Positions 55,805-64,000 of a stretch of DNA of 64,000 nt are shown here, in pieces. Both the position numbers and the translations under genes were made by a program. How positions within the stretch are numbered: the stretch's first letter is position 1; the number at the start of each line of letters is the position of its first letter. The notes below the pieces were generated by a model. That model did no database searches. It was not told the origin of the DNA and saw only the letters and a program-made list of their open reading frames with translations. This DNA comes from Mobula hypostoma (taxonomy: Eukaryota): the NCBI RefSeq assembly GCF_963921235.1, contig NC_086109.1:5830001-5894000 (forward strand). The letters are read 5' to 3'.

Positions 55805-56370
55805 ACAGAATCTTAACTACATTCTACAGAGGCGTGGTTGAGAGTGTGCTGACCTTTTGCATCACAACCTGGTACTCCAGCTGCAGTGCTGTCGACAAAA
55901 AAGCCTGGCAGAGGGTGGTGAGGGGAGCAGAGAAGGTTATTGGGGTCTCCCTACCTTCTGTCCAAGACCTCTTTCAGAGTCGATGCCTCCAGAAGACACG
56001 GTACATCATTAAAGACCCCTCATACCCTCTCCATGAACTGTTTGTTCTTCTACCATCAGGCAAACGTTACAGGAGCATCAAAACTAAAACCACAAGGCTA
56101 CTAAACAGCTTCCTCCCACAGGCAGTCAGACTGCTAAATAGCTGCTCTACCTGACTCTGCTTTGGACACTTTTAACTTGCACTGGACACTTATAACTGAT
56201 TTTAACTGATATGTGGCTGTTGTGTTTTACTACTTATTGTTATGTTTATTATTTAGAGTTGTGTTTGTTATGTTGTGATTGCACTGCTCCCGAGAAACGC
56301 TGTCTCATTCTGCCCTGCAGAGCCGATGTATGGTTAGAATGACAATAAAGTTTTTTTTTGAATCTTTGAA
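55805..56370 (+). mobile_element. Rex1/Babar 3' fragment
   Basis: VESVLTFCITTWYSSC..IIKDPSYPLHELFVLLPSGKRYRSIKTKTTRLLNSFLPQAVRLLN, followed by a 3'UTR with acaataaa. Confidence 0.85.
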
Positions 56371-56525
56371 TCTTTGAAATCTTGGTCAGTATGGATGAGT
56401 TGGGCTGAAGGGCCTGTTTCTCTGCAGATTAACTCTATGAATCTATAAAACTGTAGCAAAACCCTCTTTGCAACAAAGGACATCATTTTATTTGGCTCCC
56501 GTAACACTGGCATGATTACTTTTTA

Positions 56526-57196
56526 CACTCACTGACCACTTAATGAGATACGTCCTGTACCTAATAAAGTGGCCACTCAGTCCTGGTGAACGGTCTCCAC
56601 CCAAAATCTCGACTGTTTACTCTTCTCCACAGATGCTGCCTGACCTGCTGAGTTCCTCCAACAATTTTGTGTGTGGCCACTGAGTGTATGTCCGTGGTCT
56701 TCTGCTGCAGATGCCCATCCATTTCAAGGTTCGCTGTGTTGTGTGTTCAGAGATGCTCTTCTGCACACCGCCGTTATAACGTGCGATTATTTGAGTTACT
56801 GTCGCCTTCCTGTCAGCTTGAACCAGTCTGGCCATTCCCCTTTGACCTCTCTCATTAACAGGGCATGTTTGCCCACAGAACTGCTGCTCACTGGATTTTT
56901 TTTTGTTTTCACACCCTTCTCTGTAAACTCTAGAGACCATTGTGCATGAAAATCCCAGGAGATCAGCAGTTTCTGAGATACTCAAACCAACCTGTCTGGC
57001 ACCAATAATCATTCAACGGTCAAAGTCAATTAGATCACATTTCTTCCCCTTTTTGATGCTTGGTCTGAAAAACAACTGAACACCTGACCACGTCTGCATG
57101 CTTCTATGCATTGAGTTGCTGCCACATGATTGGCTGATTAGATATTTACATTACGAGCAGGGCTACAGGTGTACCTAATAAAGTGGCCACTGAGTG
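56526..57196 (-). mobile_element. Tc1/mariner deletion derivative (same family as 24017-24579)
   Basis: TIR ..cctaataaagtggccactgagtg. ORF MIIGARQVGLSISETADLLGFSCTMVSRVYRE..RGQRGMARLVQADRKATVTQI.. (Tc1 HTH domains). Confidence 0.85.
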
Positions 57197-57489
57197 TCAA
57201 CTTTGAATTAGATTTTAGATAAGATTTGCAGTTTATGATTCAGAATTTTCATTTCCAACAAAAAAAAACAGGCTGCTCGAGGAATTTAGCAGGTCAAGCA
57301 GGATCTGTGGAGGCAAAGGAGAAATCAACATTATGGATTAAGACCCTGTTTCATGACATTTCATTAAATAGCTTCCAATAATATAAAAGAACACTGAATC
57401 TTTCTTTCTTACAGTAATTTTAGTCAGTCCATGTCCACCTCTACTGCCGTGATGAGGTCACACTTGGGCTGGAGGAGCAAAGCCTTATA

Positions 57490-60400
57490 AGACCATAAGA
57501 CAAAGGAGCAGAAGGCGGCCATTCGGCCCATCAAGTCTGCTCCACCATTTTATCATGAGCTGATCCATTCTCACATTTAGTCCCACTCCCCCACCTTCTC
57601 ACCATAACCTTTGATGCCCTGGCTACTCAGACACCTATCAAACTCTGCCTTAAATACACCCAATGACTTGGCCTCCACTGCCGCCCGTGGCAACAAATTC
57701 CATAGATTCACCACCCTCTGGCTAAAAAAATTTCTTCGCATCTCTGTTCTGAATGGGCGCCCTTCAATCCTTAAGTCATGCCCTCTCGTACTAGACTCCC
57801 CCATCATAGGAAACAACTTTGCCACATCCACTCTGTCCATGCCTTTCAACATTTGAAATGTTTCTATGAGGTCCCCCCTCATTCTTTTAAACTCCAAGGA
57901 ATACAGTCCAAGAGCGGACAATCATTCCTCATATGTTAACCCTCTCATTCCCGGAATCATTCTAGTGAATCTTCTCTGTACTCTCTTCAACGTCAGCACA
58001 TCCTTTCTTCAATAAGGAGACCAAAACTGCCCACAGTACTCCAAGTGAGGTCTCACCAGCGCCTTATAGAGCCTCAACATCACATCCCTGCTCCTATACT
58101 CTATTCCTCTAGAAATGAATGCCAACATTGCATTCGCCTACTTCACCACCAACTCAACCTGGAGGTTAACAAGGGTATCCTGTACGAGGACTTCCAAGTC
58201 CCGTTGCAGCTCAGAACTTTGAATTCTCTCCCCATTTAAATAATAGTCTGCCCGTTTATTTCTTTTGCCAAAGTGCATAACCATATACTTCCCAATATTG
58301 TATTTCATTTGCCACTTCTTTGCCCATTCTTCCAATCTATCCAAGTCTCTCTGCAGACTCTCTGTTTCCTCAGCACTACCGGTCCTTCTACCTATCTTTG
58401 TATTGTCAGCAAACTTAGCCACAAAGCCACCTATTCCATAATCCAAATTGTTGATGTACAACGTAAAAAGAAGTGGCCCCAACACGGACCCCTGTGGAAC
58501 ACCACTGGTAACCGGCAGCCAACCAGAATAGGATCCCTTAATTCCCACGCTCTGTTTCCTGCCAATCAGCCAATGCCCTATCCATGTATGTAACTTTCCC
58601 ATAATTCCATTATCTCTTATCTTGTTAAGCAGCCTCATGTGTGGCACATTGTCAAAGGCCTTCTGAAAATCCAAATATACAACATCCACTGCATCTCCCT
58701 TGTCTAGCCTACTTGTAATTTCCTCAAAAAATTGTAATAGGTTTGTCAGGCAGGATTTTCCTTTAAGGAAACCATGCTGAGTTCTGCCTATCTTGTCATT
58801 TGCCTCCAGGTGCTCTGTAACCTCATCCTTGACAATCAACTCCAACAACTTCCCAACCACCGATGTCAAGCTAACAGATTAATAATTTTCTTTTTGCTTC
58901 CTTGCCCCCTTCTTAAACAGCAGAGTGATATTTGCAATCTTCCAGTCCTCTGGAACCATGCCAGAACCTATCGACTTTTGAAAGATCATCACTAATGCCT
59001 CCGCAATCTCCACAGCTACTTCCTTTAGAACACGAGGGTGCATTCCATCTGGTCCAGGAGATTTATCTACCTTTAGACTATTCAGTTTCCTGAGTACTTT
59101 CTCTGTCGTAATTGTGACTGTGCACACTTCTCTTCCCTGCCTCCCTTGAGTGTCCGGTATACTGCTGATATCTTCCTCAGTGAAGAGTGATGCAAAATAC
59201 TCGTTCAGTTCCTCCGCCATCTCCTTATCTCCCATTACAATTTCTCCAGCATCATTTTCTATCGGTCCTATATCTACTCTCACCTGTCTTTTACTCTTTA
59301 TATGCTTGAAAAAGCTTTTAGTATCCTCTTTGATTTTATTTGCTAGCTTCCTTTCATAGTTCATCTTTTCCCTCTTAATGACCTTCTTAGTTTCCTTTTG
59401 TAAGCTTTTAAAAACTTCCCAATCCTCTGTCTTCCCACTAATTTTTGCTTCCTTGTATGCCCTCTCCTTTGCTTTAACTTTGGCTTTGACTTCTCTTTTG
59501 TCAGCCACGGTTGCATCCTTTTTCCATTCGAAAATTTCTTCTTTTTTGGAATATATCTGTCTTGCATCTTCCTCACTTCTCGCATAAACTCCAGCCACTG
59601 ATGCTCTGCCGTCCTTCCTGCTAGCGTCCCTTTCCAGTCAACTTTGGCCAGTTCCTCTCTCATGCCACTGTAATTTCCTTTACTCCACTGAAACACCAAC
59701 ACATCAGATTCCGGCTTCTCTTTTTCAAATTTCACTGTGAACTCAATCATGTTATGATCACTGCCTCCTAAGGGTTCCTTCACCTCAATCTCTCTAATCA
59801 CCTCCGGTTCATTACACAATACCCAATCCAGTACAGCCGATCCCCTAGTGGGCTCAACAACAAGCTGTACTAAAAAGCCATCTCGCAGACATTCTACAAA
59901 TTCTCTCTCTTGAGATCCAGTGCCGACCTAATTTTCCCAATCCACCCGCATGTTAAAATCCCCCACTATTATCAATACACTGCCCTTCTGACAAGCCTTT
60001 TCTATTTCCTGTTGTAATTTGTAGTCCACATCACTGCAGCTGTTTGGAGGCCTATATATAACTGCCATCGGGGTCCTTTTACCCCTGCGATTTCTTAGCT
60101 CAACCCATAAAGATTCTGCACCTTCCAATCCTATGTCACCTCTTTCTAATGATTTGATATCATTTCTTACCTATAAAGTCACGCCACCCCTTCTGCCTAA
60201 CTGCCTATCCTTCCGATACACTTGGACGTTCAGCTCCCAGAGACGTGCATCCTTTAGCCACGTCTCAGTGATGGCCACAATATCATACCTGCCAATCTGC
60301 AGCTGTACGACAAGATCATCCACCTTATTCCTTATGCTGCATGCATTTAAGTATAACACCTTAAGACCAGTATTTGATACTTTTTGCTTTGATTGCACTG

Positions 60401-61203
60401 CAACTCATCCCAAAGGCTGCAAATTTGCCCATCATTTGCCTGTCTTTCCTGACATCTGTACTGCTCATTATCTTAGATTTATTTCTGTTTTCCCCTTCCT
60501 CTGCTCTATCATTCTGGTTCCCATCCCCCTGCCAAATTAGTTTAAACCCTCCCTAACAGCTCTATTAAACTTTCCCGCCAGGATATTGGTCCCCTTCAGG
60601 TTCAGGTGTAACCCGTCCATTTTGAACAGGTCATACTTCCCCCAGAAGAGATCCCAATTATCCAAGAATCTGAAGCCCTGCCCCCTACACCAGTCTGTCA
60701 GCCACGCATTCATCTGCCTGATCCTACTATTCTTGCCCTCGCTAGCACGTGGCACAAGTAGCAATCCCGAGATTATTATCCTGGAGGTCCTGCTTCTCAG
60801 CTTCCTTCCTAACTCCTGGAAATCTTTCTTCCGGACCTCCTCCCTTCTCCTATCTATGTCATTGGTACCAACATGTACCAAGACAACTGGCTGCTCGCCC
60901 TCTCCCTTCAGAATATTCTGGACCCGATCCGAGACATCCCATACCCTGGCACCTGGGAGGCAACACACCATGTGGGTATCTCTATCAGGCTCACAGAATC
61001 TCCTGTCCATTCCCTTGACTATGGAATCCCCTATGACTACCACATTCCTCTTCTCCCTCCTTCCCTCCTGCACAACAGCACCAGGCTCAGTGCCAGAAAC
61101 CCGGTCACCGTGGGCGTCCCCTGTTAGGTCATCCCCCTCAACAGCATCTAGAACAAGATATGTGTTGCTGAGGGGGACAGCCACAGGGGTGCTCTCCACT
61201 ATA
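57490..61203 (-). mobile_element. CR1 LINE, ~3.7 kb, 5'-truncated, frameshifted
   Basis: ORF1 SGNH/GDSL esterase (VVIGDSIV..CLPGA..HVGTND..DGLHL). ORF2 APE endonuclease (LYLNACSIRNK..ITETWL; VGDFN; LGGSDHN) and RT (YLDFQKAFD..GVPQGSVLGP..FADNTK). 3' (tcttatgg)n tail. Confidence 0.95.
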
Positions 61204-61635
61204 TTATATTCCTTCTGGGTAGCTTCCAATTGATGGCATGAACATCTATTTCTCGAACTTCTGGTAATTGCCCCCCACCCCTTCACCATTCCCCATTCCT
61301 GTTTCCCTCGCTCTTCTATCTTGTTACCGGCCCATCACCTCCCTCTGGGGCTCCTCCACCTTCCCTTTCATCCCTGATCCTCTACCTTCTCCTGTCAGAT
61401 TCCGTGTCATCTCCTCCACCAATTAATTGCCCAGCTCTTTACGTCACCCCTCCCCTCTCCTGGTCCCCTTGTGCTCCTTTCTCCCCTCCTTCCACCTCTT
61501 GCTTTGACTTCTCATCTTTTTTTCCAGTCCTGAGGAAGGGTCTTGGACTAAAATGTCGACTGTTTCTATAGATGCTGCCTGACCTGCTGAGTTCCTCCTT
61601 GGATTTTGCCTTAGGTTTCCAACATCTGTAGGTTT
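61204..61635 (+). mobile_element. Penelope-like 3' end, split by the CR1 (5' part at ~57432-57489)
   Basis: ..DEVTLGLEEQSL | IFLLGSFQ..DGMNIYFSNF rejoins across the CR1 with ttata at both junctions. CT-rich spacer and decayed hammerhead cagtcctgaggaagggtcttggactaaaatgtcgactg at ~61525-61562. Confidence 0.75.
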
Positions 61636-61794
61636 TATTGTATTAGTAATTTTATATATTGCAATGTACTGAGGCTACAAAAAAAAAACAAATTTCATTG
61701 CATATGTGAGTGATGATAAACCTGATTCTGATATGGGTCTCTATTGTGGACTGAGAGTGGGAAGGGGGCAGAGACAAGGGAATCATTGTTGGGA

Positions 61795-61955
61795 AAAGGG
61801 GAAGAGAGAGGAGAGGGGAAGGGAGAGGGGAGGGGAAGGGAGAGGGGAAGGGAGAGGGGAGGGGAAGGGAGAGGGGAGGGGAAGGGAGAGGGGAGGGGAA
61901 GGGAGAGGAGAGGGGAAGGGAGAGGGGAGGGGAAGGGAGAGGGGAGGGGAGGGGA
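61795..61955 (+). repeat. GGGAGAGGGGA(A/G)-type purine minisatellite
   Basis: Directly visible, inside a repeat also present at ~46690-47140. Confidence 0.9.
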
Positions 61956-62964
61956 TGGGAAAACACCAGAGAGACATTCTGTAATGATCAATAAACCAAT
62001 CGTTTGGAATCAAATGACCTTGCTTAGTTTCTCAGGGCTGGGTGTCCCTGCATCAGCACTATCCCCGCTGCCCCTTGCACACCTTCTCTGCCACCTGTCC
62101 ACACCCCTCCCGCGACACTCCACCCTCGCCCTTCCCAGCTTCCTTTGCTCCCGCCAGATTTACAAACTCACTTTCCCCTTCAAGTTGACAACAGTAGCAC
62201 TGTGCAAATGCCTTAGGCATCCTAGCGACACATACGTGCCGAAGACTTTTGCACAGCACACATATGTCACTGTACGCTATCCCGAGATGTATTTGCTTGC
62301 GGGCATTCACACCAGAACAAAGAAATGCAACAGAATTAACAATTAAAATCACATACAAGGATTGAGAGAAGACAATGTGTGCAAATACAAAAATAAATTT
62401 TATCAAGAACACGAGCTGTAGAGTCCTTGAAAGCGGCCTTGAAACTGGCCGTTAATCGAAAGTGTTTCACAATTGCTGTAATCTTGCAACATGATGTCTA
62501 ACACAGCATCACTTGACACAAGGTCAGTTTTGAAAGGAAAAGAAACTACATTTCCACATTCCATGGGGGTTTTGGAACTGTTCAATGATCTGGGATAAAA
62601 TTAGCTCAATGGTGAAAGTTCAAAATAAAAGCAATATATTAAGATGAAGAACTAAATGGCTAAATTGCTCTGGGAAGTCAGTCACTTTGTAAAATGAAAA
62701 GAGTGCAGTGAAAAAATTTTATTTTTTTTTAAATCAAAGTACGTATACCGCATACAACCTTGTGATGTGCTTATTTGTAGGCGTTTACTGGAAAATAAAG
62801 AATAGCTAAAGGAAATATAAAAATTAAACAATCCGGGCACCACAACTCCATGCTTACCCCCAGCTCAATGTCCTCCAGCCTAGGCTAGAGAATGGGTCTG
62901 AATGCGGAGGGGAAGGGTGGAAGGAGTGGGGAATGTTATGGGAGAGCAGGGGGGGGCTGCAGGG

Positions 62965-63135
62965 TGGTAGTGTCAGGGGAGGTTTACAAAAGATGGTCGT
63001 TGACAGTTTGTCTCCAGAGATGGAAACAGAGAGATCAAGAAAGGGAAGAGAGGTGTCAGAGATGGACCAAGTGAATTGAAGGGCAGGGTGGAAGTTAGGG
63101 GGAAAGTTGATCAAGTTGATTTGCTCAGTATGGGT
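62965..63135 (-). mobile_element. Penelope RT fragment
   Basis: NFHPALQFTWSISDTSLPFLDLSVSISGDKLSTTIFCKP, typical of the PLE RT C-terminal (LPFLD) region. Confidence 0.75.
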
Positions 63136-64000
63136 TGTGACGAGAATACACATAAATTAAGATGTTAGTTGTCCTGGGCTGGGACCAGTGGGATCAGCAG
63201 TTGGTCTGCCACCTGTCTTCAGGAGAAAGAGAGATAAGGAAAACAATGGAGCAGCATTTGGAGATGTTAATGAAGGGACGGGAGAGAGTAACGGAAGGAG
63301 AGTTGTCAAGATCGGCTCCCCCTTTGAACCCTGAACTGTTTGAAGTGATGGACAGGTGATACCCCAGCAGGGGGATAAAAAGGGACAGGTTCGCTAAGAT
63401 GACACACACGACACCCCGAGGTAACGAGACCCTGGAAGCGGTGCGTCCTCACAAGTCGGTGGGAAGTTTTGGACGGCTGGTCACGGACCAAGCCATAGAC
63501 GCTCAGGGTGGAAAGGCACGATCGGCGGGAACCTGGTGTGTGTCCACCCTTGCCTGGATGCCAGGTTCATCGCAGAGAAACGATCGTATCTGGAAATGGA
63601 GGGGGTCACGGTCGGTGACCTCAGATGACGTCACAAAGGGCTCGCCCGAAAGCTGACTGCGAAGGTCTGTGTGGAAGCCGTTTGAATATTCATTCGTTTT
63701 GCTCTCTCTCTCCTTCCCCCCACTGTCCATCGCCACGGCAGCGATTACTGTGAACTGAACTGAACTAAATTGAACTGAACTTTGCGTCACTTTGAAACTG
63801 GTCATTTACCCCTAGACAACGATAGAGCTTGATTGATCCTGTTATCTTAATTCTGTGTACATGTATGTTTATCATTGCTGAACTGTTGCATTCATTATCC
63901 TTTTGATTAGAGTACTGTGTTGCTTGTTTCTTTAATAAAACTTTCTTAGTTCTAGTAATCCAGACTCCAACTGAGTGATCCATTTCTGCTGGTTTGGCAA
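63136..64000 (+). mobile_element. LTR of an LTR retrotransposon (Gypsy-like), cut by window end
   Basis: Starts TGTGACGAG, interrupting the Penelope fragment. TATA-like ggataaaaag at ~63373, CpG-rich middle, (gaact)n run, AATAAA at ~63934. The terminal CA is not reached. Confidence 0.6.

Noticed and set aside
60537..61289. Stand-alone GDSL/SGNH esterase gene
   Set aside because: It is ORF1 of the CR1 element, directly upstream of the endonuclease/RT ORF2.

Overview
This is eukaryotic, repeat-dense vertebrate DNA. The repeat inventory (HE1/V-SINE-like SINEs, CR1, Rex1/Babar, RTE, Penelope) suggests a cartilaginous fish such as a ray or shark; that assignment is inference. The only host gene I can support is MAPKAPK2 (MK2) on the minus strand. 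Six coding exons (equivalent to human exons 5-10) lie at 54281-54155, 45339-45264, 37679-37555, 35409-35324, 34337-34257 and 31655-31515. All have GT-AG junctions and compatible phases. They run from kinase subdomain VIb to the C-terminal NES/NLS tail and stop codon; the 5' exons lie beyond position 64000. The rest is introns and downstream DNA packed with often nested mobile elements: a 3.7 kb CR1, Rex1/Babar pieces, an internally deleted RTE, an L1 3' end, a PIF/Harbinger deletion derivative, a Chapaev3-type remnant, Tc1 and hAT-type MITEs, LTRs and SINEs. There is also a ~4.1 kb polypurine tract and a ~0.8 kb (TG)n tract. The most interesting hidden structure is a dispersed family of Penelope-derived short elements carrying a minimal type-I hammerhead ribozyme (CAGUC-CUGAUGA-A-GGGUCUCGGCCC-GAAAC-GUH-GACUG). 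It occurs in more than a dozen mostly decayed copies, some as stand-alone TSD-flanked inserts and some as inverted pairs. Most ORFs in the supplied track are low-complexity or transposon artefacts. No prokaryotic-type system (CRISPR etc.) is present.
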